From the NCBI GenBank assembly GCA_013265495.1, contig MU061578.1, positions 3,109,308 through 3,173,307 on the forward strand: a stretch of DNA of 64,000 nt. The letters are read 5' to 3'. Position 1 is the stretch's first letter. Every line of letters begins with the position of its first letter. This stretch comes from Vicugna vicugna. Its lineage: Eukaryota. Positions 38,982 through 50,826 of the stretch are shown one piece after another. Below the pieces are notes generated by a model that worked only from the letters and a program-made list of their open reading frames with translations, did no database searches and had not been told where the DNA came from. The translations under genes and the position numbers were made by a program.

Positions 38982-39147
38982 CTGTATTTCTGCCAATCCT
39001 CTTTTTAAGGGGGCGGCTGTACTTGAGCCTCACAGATTTGTCTTTTCCTGTCTGCTCAGACACTGCTCTTCTTGGACATACATGCACCACTGTCCTTGAG
39101 CTTCCTTTTGTTCTCCAAAACTCCAAAACATTGTGATTATAATAATC

Positions 39148-39591
39148 CGTTGAGATTATCCAGTTATTTTATCAGCAAAATAGATTTATTTGGAAATAGC
39201 AGAGAACTGCAATTCAGGACAACAATGCTATAGCAAAATCTACAGGCAAGTCCAGCAAACAAAGGAGAGGAGCATTATTTTATAGAGAAAAGAAGGAAGC
39301 TAGGATGGGTGCTTTGAACCAAAGTCCCCTGAAAGAGAAGCCAGGGTTCAGGGTAGTGATGGCCTCCCACTGGCTGAGTTGCCAGGGTTCCCACTGGCGG
39401 GGCTTGGAGCTGGTTCAAGGCAAGAAGAAATTTTCCTTCCTCCTGCAAGGGTGGTAGACACCTTCCTGCTGGGATGAGAGATACCTCTCTTCCTGTCAGG
39501 TATGTGACTGAATGGAGTGGTAGGGCACGGGAGCTCCCCTTCTGGCTTCCAGATTCCAATGTAAATGAGGTTTCCTTTATTCAGTTTCACA
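39148..39591 (-). mobile_element. Solo ERV LTR (ERV1-like)
   Basis: Reverse complement starts TGTGAAA and ends ..TCAACG, contains AATAAA; imperfect 4-bp flanks aatc/agtc; homologous to the LTR at 40111-40558. Confidence 0.75.
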
Positions 39592-40110
39592 AGTCCACTG
39601 CCAGGATAGGGATCAATTGTCCTAAGATGACCAAACAGTTCTCAAGAAGATTCAATAAGAAAACCAAGAGTTACACAAGAGTGAGATACAGCACCCATAT
39701 CTTCCCCAAAACACCAACCCTTCAGCTACGCCTGACACAGAACAAACGTGCTCCTGAGAAGTTACACATATGCATACAATTTTTACTCACTGAGGGATCT
39801 CAAGGGTGGTAAAGGATCCCAGGAATCCTTCCACAATGTTACCACCTATAAATTATATATTTTATGGTCATCACATTAGATCTTCCCTAAATAGCAGTAG
39901 TGCTCACATCTCCTTTTCCTTCACTGAATTATTCCCAAAGAATTCTTCTCTTGCTTTTCTATTTAAAATAAGCTTTCCAAACTTACTTCCAAGCCTAGCC
40001 CTATAGTTATAGAAAAAAAGAACAGTCTTTCTCCCACATATATGCAGGATTTCTTGGCAATAACCCACCTTGCCTCCCTACAGAGGAGCGGGTAGGAGGC
40101 ATGATGCTAA

Positions 40111-40558
40111 TGTGAAAGTTAATACAGAAACCTCATTTAAAATGGAGTTGGGAGACCAGAAGAGGGAGCTCTGGCACCCTAACATCATCACCTGCAGCCC
40201 CAACATGAAGAGACATATATCTTTGCATCTCCAACATGAAGAAGGTTACTACTTCACTACCAGCAAGAAGAAGAAAGATTTTCTCTTTGCCCAAGGAACA
40301 GCCCAGCCAATGAGAGACTGTCACAACTCAGTCAGTGAAAAGTCACTATACTCTGAACTCTCAGTTTCCTCCAATGGGCTCTTTGTTTATAACAGCCCCT
40401 CCCAACTGTCCCTTCTCCTCTATAAGAGAGTCTCCTCTCCTTTGTTCTGTGGACTTGCCTGTGGCTTGCCATAGATGACATGTTCCAAATTGCAGTTCTC
40501 TGCAATAAGTCCACTTTGCTGGTAAAATAACTGACTGTTACATTGTTTTAGGTCAACA
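40111..40558 (+). mobile_element. Solo ERV LTR (ERV1-like), related to 39148-39591
   Basis: TGTGAAA...GTCAACA termini; CCAAT, TATA-like ctataag and an aataag poly(A)-like signal inside. Confidence 0.75.
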
Positions 40559-40566
40559 CCATTAAG

Positions 40567-40718
40567 TTTTTTTTTTAATGTTCTTTTTTGGGGGAGAGGG
40601 GAGGAGTTAGGTTTATTTATTTATTTTTAAAAATTTTTAATGGAGATACTGGGGATTGAACCCAGGTCCTTCGTGCATGCTAAGCATACACTCTTCTGCT
40701 GAGCTATACCCTCTCTCC
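40567..40718 (-). mobile_element. tRNA-derived SINE (Vic-1-like)
   Basis: tactggggattgaacccagg...gcatgctaagcat...tgagctataccc, preceded by T-rich tail. Confidence 0.87.
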
Positions 40719-40719
40719 T

Positions 40720-41560
40720 CAGAAGGATTTTTAAATGTTGATCCATGAACCAAAAAAAGAAAGGATGATTTTTTAAGAGTATATATTCAGAAAATAGCAG
40801 GAAAAATTTAGTAGAAAGATCCGAAAGCACAACAAAAAGAAACAGAAAATAGAAGAAAAAGAGGCTTACAATTTAAAAGATCATTCCAAATGGTCCAACA
40901 TCTAAATAACAGGGACTCCAAAATAAGAAGTGAAAGTGGAAAATAGGAAATTACCAGAGATAACATTTTTTAAATTCCCAGAACTGAAGGACAAGTTTCT
41001 TCAACACAATGAAAGAAAAAAGCCCCAGAGTAACACACAGAACTATGAAATAGCACTGAAGATAAAGAAAACATCTGAGAAACATTCAGAGAGGGGGGAA
41101 AAGTTACCTCCACGGGAACATAAACAGAATGATGTCAGGCCTTTCCAGTATAATTCTAGAAGACAGAAGATGATGGTGCAAATCCTTTACATTTCTGAGG
41201 GAGGTGCTGCCCAATCTAAACTCTAAATCCAACCAACCTCTTCTTCAAGTACTCTGGCACGAGCACATCACAGCAGACACACAGCATGCTGAAGAGCAAT
41301 CATCTCAAGTGGAGTGAAAACAGGGAAGGTTTTAGGAGACAAGTCTCTTGGGAAAAAAAGAGTTTATCTGACAGGTTTTATAGTGGAGAAGTATTTAAAC
41401 AGGTATGTTTTAAGCCGATGCAGCATAAGGCAAGATTTATGTCAGAAAGTCAAGATTCTAATCAAATTTTTAAAATGCAACAACTATAACTTAAAAACAA
41501 AGGTACAAGAAAGAAAAATGTACAAAAAAAAAGGTACAAGAAAGAAAAAATGCTTGCCTA
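40720..41560 (+). mobile_element. Ancient L1 ORF1-region remnant
   Basis: Strongly A-rich; ggtccaacatctaaataacagggactcca and aaattcccagaactgaaggaca resemble L1 ORF1. Confidence 0.55.
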
Positions 41561-41712
41561 AACTTTGGCTCAGCAATGAAAATACCAAATATGGATATAA
41601 ACCACACCCAAGATATATTAATAATCAGGACAGGTGGTGGGAGAAAGGAGAGTGCCAATAGAGACTGCCTAAAAGCAGACAACTCAAAAAGCACATTACT
41701 CAGAAAGGTAGG

Positions 41713-42091
41713 TAATGACGGATTGAGAGTCTACACTCCCCCAAAACCCATTATGGTTGAGGTTCTGACCCACCCATCACTGTGTCTATATTTGGAGATG
41801 GAGTGGGCCTCTAATGAAGTCACAATGGTTAAATGAAGTCATAAAAGTGGGGCCCTGATCTGACTGGATCATTGTCCCTATCAGAAGAGCTACCAGGGAA
41901 ATGTGTCTCTACAGACACACACTGAGAAAAGGCCATGTGAACACAAGGAAATGGTGGCTGTCTGCAAACCATGAGAAGAATGGAATGAAACCTACCTTGC
42001 CGGTGCCTATAGAACTGTGAGAAATAAATATCTCCTATTTAAGCCCCCAAGTCCGTGGTACTCTGTGCGGCAGCCTGAGCTTACTAATACA
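41713..42091 (+). mobile_element. MaLR solo LTR (MLT1-like)
   Basis: tatttggagat...gttaaatgaagtcata...gggccctgatc...ggccatgtga...agaactgtgagaaataaat...ctaataca; near-TSD gtagg/ctagg. Confidence 0.85.
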
Positions 42092-42860
42092 CTAGGGTAA
42101 GACACAGTTGGAAGTGGCCAACCTGGGAAAGCCAAGGGGTGGTGAGACTGCTAAATTTACTTATCAGCGTTTTAGCAGTATTTGAATTTTTCCTTGTCTC
42201 CACGGGTTTTTTTTAATAAAACTTAAAATTAGTTTCAAATACTAGTATAGTAGTGCAAACATTAAGAGGACGAAGATCACACTAAAAGGAAACATTTTTA
42301 TGCATCCTTTTAAGAGTCTCATGCTCTACTGACTGAGCTAGCCAGGCACCTATACATCCTTTTAAAAGAAAAAATATGCTTTTGAAAAGTTGCATATAAT
42401 TCAGACCTTCTTGTGATACATTTTTGTATATATTAATAATACACTTTCTAATTACAAAGAAATATGTTTTATAGGAATTTGGAAAATGTAGAAAAACAAA
42501 AAGAAGAAAATAAAAAGCCTGTGTTCTCTAACCATACAGAAAAAAACTCCTGTGCAGTCAATTCTACTATTAGACATTCAAGTTATTCTAAATGGTAGCT
42601 ATTACAAGCAATACAGCAAGCAACATTCTACATGATCAGTTTCAAATGTCTGTTCAAGACAAACTGATAGGCCCTATAGACTAAAGATAGTGATCCAGAG
42701 ATGGTCAATACCAGATAAAAGTATTTAAATAATTCAAAGAGCACAAAGCTAGCTAAGCAGAGGATAAGGGAATAGGAGCCCCCTGCTGCTGGGGGCCTGA
42801 GGATGAAGCCCACCTGGCCATACCATGCAGGGCTCACCTCTGTCTATCAAAACTGGAGGA

Positions 42861-43380
42861 GTCTGCAACCATAAAAAAGAATGAAATAATGCAATATACA
42901 GCAACATGGATGGAGCTACAAATTATCATATTAAGTGAAATAAGTCAGGCAAAGAAAGCCAAATATATATCGCTTATATGTGGACTCTAAAAAAAAAAAT
43001 TACAAATTTTATTTACAAACCAAAAATAGACTCACAGACACAGAAAACAAACTGTGGTTACCAAAGGAGAAAGGGTGGGGAAATTAGAAGTTTGGAGTTA
43101 GCAAATACAAACTACTATATACAAAACAGATAAACAACAGGGTCCTACTGCATGGCACAAGGAATTATATTCAATTTCTTATAATCAAATATAATGAAAA
43201 AACATTTACTTTTTTAATATTTGTATGTATGTGTACATATATAATGGAAATATATACATATATGTATGTATATAACTGAATTGTTTTACTGTACACCTGA
43301 AACTAACACTGTAAATCAACTACACTTCAAAAAAAAATAAAATTAAAAAAAATAAGGATGAAGAAAAAGAAGAAAACAAG
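42861..43380 (+). mobile_element. 5'-truncated L1 3' UTR with poly(A) tail
   Basis: cataaaaaagaatgaaataatgc...gcaacatggatggag...taagtgaaataagtcag to A-rich tail; perfect TSD aaactggagga at 42850-42860 and 43381-43391. Confidence 0.9.
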
Positions 43381-44459
43381 AAACTGGAGGAATTTGGTCC
43401 AAACAAAAGAACTAAGTCCAGTTGCTACAAAAAGTTTCAACGGTTCAGAGAAGGCTCATGGGACAAGGCTGTAATCCACCCAGCAAACAGGAGTCCATTG
43501 CAAAAGAAGCTTGGAGGGGTGGGAGATGAATCCATTCATCAACATAAGACCCTAAGCATGGCCTCTTTATGGGCTCTTTGAAGATGCTGATGCGATGTGG
43601 AGACTGTTTATTTTAACAAAGTCAGATGGCCAGCCTCAGTCCCAGGAAGGGGCTGAAGAGATTTACGAAGTTGTTTCCTCAGATAAAACACTTTCTGGAA
43701 TTAATGGGCTCTGAGAGGACCCTGAGTGGCTCACAAAAACGTGCATGTGTATTGATGTGACATAGGGGAAAAATAAAGTAATGCTGATTTTCTTCCACAC
43801 ACAAGTATTCAGCCTCAAGCTGGACTGAAGAAAGAATTATTAGACTGCTGTCCCTTCTTAACTGAACTACTGCTATTCAGCCAAATTCCAGATTTCTAAA
43901 ATTGCAAATTGGTATAAATGAAGTCAGGATTCTAGGAATAATTAACACAGCTGGTGGGAATGAATCAAATTCACATCTCACAAATTCACTAACTGGTGCA
44001 CAATCCTGAGAATGGGCTGATCACCAGACAACTGATCGACAGGTGTGGCTCAATTTCAAGAATTGCACAGCGAACAAGCACGCTGGCCTGGCCTGCCACA
44101 CCCCACACACCAGCCCCAGGCTCCTGAAACAGGTGCTGCACAGCAGAGCCACGGGCATCGTGGGCCACGCAGAGGGCCTTGGTCTCTGCAAGTGCTTCCC
44201 TTTCATAAACCCACTGACACGGAGGCCCAGACAAAGGGCCTCCAGAATTCTTCAGTCTGATGGCTAACTACACTTTCCTGGACTTTGTTGAAACCTGCCA
44301 TCAAAGACTACAGTTTTATAGGACTAAAGTAGAGAAAAAATATTTTTAGACTCTCCTGTAACTAGTTTAACAGCCAGCCTCCCCTCACCAACAGGGATAT
44401 AAAATGCACACAGTGTGCTGGTACTGCGACAGGGTCCACCACAGACACAACTGTGTCAC

Positions 44460-44800
44460 AGGAGCCTGGGGCTGATACTGGGCGCAGTGGGGAATCCTGA
44501 TGTTGCTGGGAGAAGGAACAACGTGATCAGACTTGCATTTAGAAAAGATCCCTTTGGGCGCTGTAGGAAAAAGAGACTGAGGCAGAGACTCAGCCAGAAG
44601 GTACTGGGGTGGTCCAGAAGGAGGTAGTGAGAGCCAGAGTCCAGACAGTGCAAGGCAGAGGGATTTGACACACATGTGAAGGTGGTATCAGGTGGTTTGT
44701 TGACCTAGCAGATGGTAGTGCCGCTTCTGGAGGTAAGGAAGATTATTAAGAGGAACACATTTGGGGTGGGGAATTAAAATGCCTTGCTTTAAGGAAATTT
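44460..44800 (-). mobile_element. L2 remnant
   Basis: gtgatcagacttgcatttagaaaagatccct...gatggtagtgcc...gaggaacacatttgggg is typical antisense L2. Confidence 0.6.
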
Positions 44801-44914
44801 GATTATTCCCATCTGAATATGTCATTCACCACTTTAAAATCATTCGTAACCCAGATGTGAATGTCACCAACACGTAGCAGATCAGTAAACGGAGAACCAG
44901 CACAGGAGGAGCTT

Positions 44915-45080
44915 TAACTCACCGAGCACCTGCTGTGGGCAGGCACTGACCCAGTCGAGCCACCTGCAGGTTAAGTTATTGCATGGAACCTCCATGACAA
45001 TCTCCCCTGGCAGGTCCTTCCTTCATCCTCCCCATTTTACAGAAGAGGTGTAGTAGCAGCTTTCCCAGTCCCACAACTTG
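44915..45080 (-). mobile_element. MIR remnant
   Basis: gagcacctgctgtgggcaggcactg...ccccattttacagaagagg. Confidence 0.6.
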
Positions 45081-47269
45081 GAGAAGGCTGACCCCACCAG
45101 ACACAGCCTAGTGGAAAAGTCATCAAGCGAGGGGCCCTTAAGTTAAACTACCAAACTTAACGTTCTCCTCGTCCAGCCAGCAAGGTGAGTGAAAAGATCT
45201 GTAAACCCTGGTCTTGAGAACTCCACAGCTGCACACTAAAGGCTTGTCTTAAAACATCTCCAGTCACCTACTTTGGGATCATCTGTTCTGTTAAAGGAAT
45301 TCACCTAGTTGGACAAGTCACACATCTGGAAGGTGACAAGGGGATGGCAGCAGGGCCATGCTCTCTCCCTAAGCTTCGTGCCCCACACTTACAGTAACTA
45401 CAAGCACAGCAGTAGAAAAAAGAGGGGTAAGGCTACAGGGAGAGCCACACTTTAAAAAGGAGCTACCTTCTATCACAAAAGACCTAAAAATTTAACAATG
45501 AAGAGAATTTGCTGGCGGTCAAATCAAACGGGCTCACCATTAACAAGACCAGTGTCCTGAGACACCCACCACCTGTGTTACCGCATATGCACTCCACCCT
45601 ACTGACGTCAGAGCGCCTCCCCAGCTGGGTGCCCAAGTTACGGCTCCAACCCCACCCCTCTTCACTGAAACTCTGATCAGAAAACCCAAATCCATCTCAC
45701 TTTTCTGCCTTCTGTATGTAACTGTACACATTTTATGTGCTTCCTCTTTTTACATTTCTTCTCTTGACCTTTTAAGCCATTACCAGAAACACAATCAATA
45801 AACCAACAAACAGGCCAGATAGCTCCTCAGTCTGGAGAGCACAGGCTGGTCACCCACTCTTCACAGGACCCATAAGTCACTGGGTTCCTACTGCTGTGAA
45901 CAGTAGCTGCAGTCCACTCTGGCCATGGCCATGATAACCAGCCCTGAACTGAGAGCGACTCACTGGGCTGGCCCACCAGGAAGATGAAAGGAAATGCCAG
46001 GTGAGACCCTGTCCTTGGGGAACTTCTCAGCCAGTAAAGAAGGTAGTAAAGGGACAAGGAAAGCAACTGCTGCTGTTAGACATGAAAACAAGCAGTGAAC
46101 GCTGAGTGCAGCTGGTTGAAGGGCTGAAGCTGATGGCCTGACTTCAGCCCTGACCAACCAGGCCCAGCATGGCACTTGGCAGGCCTAGCCCAACCAAGCT
46201 TTTGATGGGGAGTAAAACCAGAGCCTGGCAGCTCATGTCTTAGACCCTGGACCAAACCATTAAGTAAATCAAGAGCCAAAACACCTCTGTATCATCAGAG
46301 GCCCTCTGCCAATTCACAACAAAGTTAAATGGTGGGTATGAACCAACCAAAGCTATGTTCAAAGTTCCACTGACAACGGGCAATAAAGACCAGGAAAGTC
46401 TTCCACACAGAGAACATGAGAGCAGCGAGGAATTTTGTGACACCCCCGCCAGCCCAGGGGCTCAAAATGACCCCAGGTGAGTAGAATCAATGCAGAAAAA
46501 GCCAGGGGCAACACTGTTTCTGTTCTGATCAAGATCCAAGTACAGACTCATTTAAGTTTTTTCAAGCAATTATATGGAAAACAGCCATGTGTGCACACAT
46601 GAGGCAGACAAGGACTGACACTCTGGCTTCCCGCTGGGGAGCAGGAAGCCTGAGCAACAGCCCCGACACAATCGGAGCAGCCTCACAGCAGAGAGCCCAT
46701 GGGACACGGAAGCTCTCAGTTCCAGAGTCCCTTGGAGTTGTCCTAGTGTAGATATATGGCCCTCCTGACACACTCCCACTCCATGCAGAATCATTGCTGA
46801 GACAGGCACCTGCTGTTGATAGGAAACGCATCCCCTAACAGTGAGATGCACAGTCCGCACCCCCTCTCAGCAGTGGGTGCTAGGTGCCTACTCAGTGCCC
46901 ACGCCCCTTCTCCCTCTCCATCAACCCCAACCTTCCATCAAAGACCACTCTCCCCTGCTGGGGAGTAGTGATGCTGTCTGAGTTGGGCACCCTGCTTTTC
47001 TTCTGGGGTGGCCCTGCCCAGTGTAAGCCTAGCAGCAGAGTCTCAGCTCTCACACAATGACGATGCTGGAGTGGGCAGGACACAGTGGCACACAGCATTA
47101 CTGGCCAGTCACGGCAAACTGGAGGAACTTCCTTCAATGGGAAGCCTTTGTTTACAAGCCAAGGGAGCCCAGAGCCTAAGGTCACTGTGGTAGCCACCCT
47201 CCAACACAAGGGAGCCAACCTGAGAGCAACGCTGGCCACAGGAAGGCAGAGGCAAAGCATTCAGAAAAG

Positions 47270-48006
47270 GGGCAGTTTCTTACAAAAGTAAACACAATCT
47301 CATCATACAATCCAGCAACTGTGCTCCCTGTTATCTACCCAAGGAGACAAAAACTCATCTCCACACAAAAGCCTGAACACAGATGTTTACTGTGGCTTTA
47401 TTCATAACTGCCAAAAACTGAAAATCATCAGGATGTCCTTCAGTAGGTGAATGGATAAGTAAACTGTGGTACATCTGTACAGAGGAGTATTATTCAGTGC
47501 GAAAAAGAAATGAGCTACCAAGCCACGAAAAGACACTGAGGAAACCTAAAAGCACATTACTCAGTGAAAGAAGCAATGTGAACAGGCTACAGACTGTACG
47601 GTTTCAACTATATGACATTCTGGAAAAGGCAGAACTATGGAGACTGAAAAGATCAGCAGTTGCTGGGGTTTGGGGGCTGGAAAAGAATAAACAGGTGAGC
47701 ACAGAGCATTTCTAAAGCAGTGAAACTACCCTGTATGATACCATACTGACAGAAGTTTGTCATTACATATTTGTCAAACCCACAGAACGTATAACACTGA
47801 GTGACCCTGATGCAAACTAGGGACTTCGGGTGATTACGATGCAGGTTCACTGACGGTAACAAATGACCAGTCTGGTGCGGGAGGTTGATAACGGGGGAGG
47901 CCATGCATTTGTGGGGGCAGGAGTATACGGGAAACCTCTGTACCTTCCTCTCAGTTTTACTGGTAACCTGAAACTGCTCTGAAAAATCAAGTCTTAAAAG
48001 AAAAAT
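47270..48006 (+). mobile_element. L1MC-like 3' end
   Basis: ggcagtttcttacaaaagtaaac...gatgtccttcagtaggtgaatggataa...tatatgacattctggaaaaggca...aaactgctctgaaaaat. Confidence 0.85.
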
Positions 48007-48009
48007 GGC

Positions 48010-48151
48010 TGAAGTCTGGACCAAACCACACCTGAAGCTGGGCCTGCCTCTGGACTTTTCACTTATCTGAGCCAACCAGTCCCCTTCATTGTTTAAACTG
48101 GGGTGGGATGGGTTCTCGGTGACTTTCAACTTAGTGCATCCTAACTGCCCA
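48010..48151 (+). mobile_element. MaLR LTR 3' fragment (MLT1-like)
   Basis: cctgaagc...ctctggacttttcact...gagccaa...tgtttaa...catcctaact. Confidence 0.55.
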
Positions 48152-48663
48152 CCCCTCCAGGGCATGTAGAATGTGCTGGGCTCCATATCCTGTTAGTACT
48201 AATAAACAATGACCCTGACACCAGAGGTCTTCCACCCACAAAGCCACCACAGGCAACCCCCAGTGGAACAGGGTTCCATCGCAGACAGGATTCCTGAACT
48301 CCAGGCCTCTGCAGCCACCAGCTGTTCTGCAACAGGCAAGTTGAAACCAAAATGTGCCACGTTCCTTACAGCTGAATGTTATTAAACAGGCAAATCCAAC
48401 ACAGTCTATCAATTCAATAGTAAAGGTTACTTACTGCAAATAGAGCAAACCAAAGAGAGAAAAAGCAAAGATGCTGCTACAACTGACCCTGAGCAAGGAC
48501 TGAAAAGTGTGCAGACTGGCTGGCTGGAGAAAGGGGTGGCATGTAGGAATTTTTAAAACTAGAAATCAGAATTGAGCTCAATTTTTTCCCCCTGCAGCTC
48601 AGGCCTCAAATTTTATCCCATTTGAAAACTGTTCTAATCAAATATAAAAACTTCCAGGTTAAA

Positions 48664-48788
48664 TTTTTTTTAGGGGGTGGTAATTAAGTTCACTCATTTA
48701 ATTATTTAATGGAGGAACTGGGGATTGAACTCAGGACTTCTCGCATGCCAAGCATGTGTTCTACCACATGAGCTATACCTTCCCCCCT
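48664..48788 (-). mobile_element. tRNA-derived SINE (Vic-1-like)
   Basis: actggggattgaactcaggac...gcatgccaagcat...tgagctatacc; TSD caggttaaatttt (48655-48667) / caggttaagtttt (48789-48801). Confidence 0.87.
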
Positions 48789-49865
48789 CAGGTTAAGTTT
48801 TTAAAGCTACATCAGTTACTAGCCTAACTTAACAGGATGAGTAACGGGATAATTTTATAGCACATTCGTTTAAACCTTAAAAATGTTTAATCCTGTTCGT
48901 TAGCAAGTAGCCAATTTCTCTGCCACAGTAAGCTTAAAGAAATGACTGAGTTTTACCAACTCCACAGAAGAGCCCCAGCACCTGGGGATGTGTTTCCAAC
49001 TACTGATTAAATCAGTAGGGTCGCACGAATTCCAGGCTTTCAAAGTTTCACAGGCAGGAGTATCCGGGACCAGCTATAGGGAAACGAGTGAAAATGAAAG
49101 GGCCCCTGCTAACAGGTTCCAACTCAAGACCAAATAAATCCCCAGTAATCTGGGAAAAGAGAATAAAGAAACAGGTCCCCAAAGTCGTAGCAAAGTACTG
49201 ATAACACCACTCCACGCCTTCAAATTTGCACTCCAAACTGCCCGTGTGCAAAGACTGTCGTCACAACTTCAGGAGGCCCCGGTGCTAGGAACAGACTACA
49301 CAACAGCACAACTCATTCCCTTGGCCGGGGCGAAGGTCCAATCCTAGAGCTACAACCACAGCCACAGGAAGTTCCCAAAGTGTTTAGACAACCTACCGAG
49401 CACAGCAGCCTCCTCATTACCACTTTCCAACCTCTAGGAAGCATCTTAGAAGATGATTATAAAAAGCAATGATCCAGAATTCTCTAAGTACTAAGGCATT
49501 TCAGTGTCCCCTCCTCTCTTTATTAAACCAAAAGGATTCAGTCTACCAGATAAAGCCATCTTCTGTGCAGGAGGACATAAATTTTACTGCTAAAAGGTAA
49601 AGTTTAATCATCATATGACTTCTAAGAATGTTCCTAATGACTTACAGAGTCATATCTTAGGCTGTTCTTGATAAAAGTATTCTCAACAGACAAATGCTAA
49701 AAATATCTAATGAAAAATGTGAAGGTATCGTGAGTAAAAACTAAAACCACAACTCACCCACTGTGGGGCTGAAGGCCGAGACCACTCCTCAGCAACACCC
49801 TTCCCTGGCTAGTTCTCCAGGTCTTGGAAGTGAGCACAGAAACGGAGGCCTCGTGTCTGACTCAC

Positions 49866-50743
49866 CTGAATTCTCTGCCTTCGCTGTACCGTCTACTTGA
49901 AGAGGCCCTCGGGGCGGCTGTCTCCAGGAGCAGCTTCTGTGCGAGCCTGCCAGGAGGGGCAGGGTCTCTGCCACTGTCTTCGTCTACGTCCTGATCACAC
50001 TTCCATTCCTCATCTTCATTCAAAGTGGGCAGGTATCCGGGGACACCCTTCCCGGTCCCTGACCCAGAGCTCTGGTCACTACAGAGCTTTGGGCTCTCCG
50101 AGCCTGTCCTTGTGTATTCCAAATAAATATCAGACTTGAGGAATGAGGGGTAGGTATTCTCCTCCATAGTGGACTGGATTTCCGTCTGGGCCTGGTCGAA
50201 CATGGCAGGATCGATCTGCTGCTTCATGATGCAGTCCTTTATGAAGCTCTTGGTGGCTGGCTTGGTTTGCCTGGACACAATGCCATTGTTGTCAAGGATG
50301 TACTTTCGGTAGATGGCTTTGGCCAGCTTAAGCCTCTTTTCCTCATTTGAGTCACAGGGCTCCAGCTTCCTGAAGCCGCTGCAGGCAAACCAGAAGTCCA
50401 GCAGATCGGCGCAGTCCTCCTGCTTCAGGAAAGTCCTAAACAGGTTTATCCCGTCTTGATCGTCTAGCAAGGAGTGCAGCGACTCGGCCCACTTCAAGTA
50501 TGGCGGGGTGGGGGACGCGCTGCCCTCGGGCTCGTACCCCAGGTCCAGATCTGAGCGCCTGGGAGTGGCTGTTGAAGTCTCACCTTTAATCCCAGCACCT
50601 TTCCCAGAGCAGAAGCTGTGGCTGACAGGCCTGGGGTCTGTGGACACCAGTTCACCCTCCTCACCGGGCACTGGGGGTCGGGGGGCATCTTCGGTGAAAC
50701 TTGCTCCGAGGTCCAAGGGGAAACCCTGCTCTTGGATATTCAT
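49866..50743 (-). CDS. AXIN1: AXIN1 exon 2 coding part (878 nt; start codon, tankyrase-binding motifs, RGS domain)
   Basis: ATG at 50743 (cccaaaATG); [29 protein letters not shown]..., RGS domain [14 protein letters not shown]...[10 protein letters not shown]; donor AG|GTGAGT at 49865. Confidence 0.99.
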
Positions 50744-50826
50744 TTTGGGACTCTGTGCGTCAATGAACAATGAGCGCTGCACCCTAATACATCAGTACTT
50801 ACAGCTCCAAAGTGAATCAATCTGTC
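50744..50826 (-). other. AXIN1: AXIN1 exon 2 5' UTR portion (83 nt)
   Basis: Pyrimidine tract and ttcaacag| acceptor (AG at 50828-50827), followed by GACAGATTGATTCACTTTGGAGC. Confidence 0.88.

Noticed and set aside
50744..50782. GTG-initiated 13-aa N-terminal extension suggested by the ORF track
   Set aside because: Near-cognate start with an in-frame TGA just upstream and no independent support; the ATG at 50743 matches the known N-terminus
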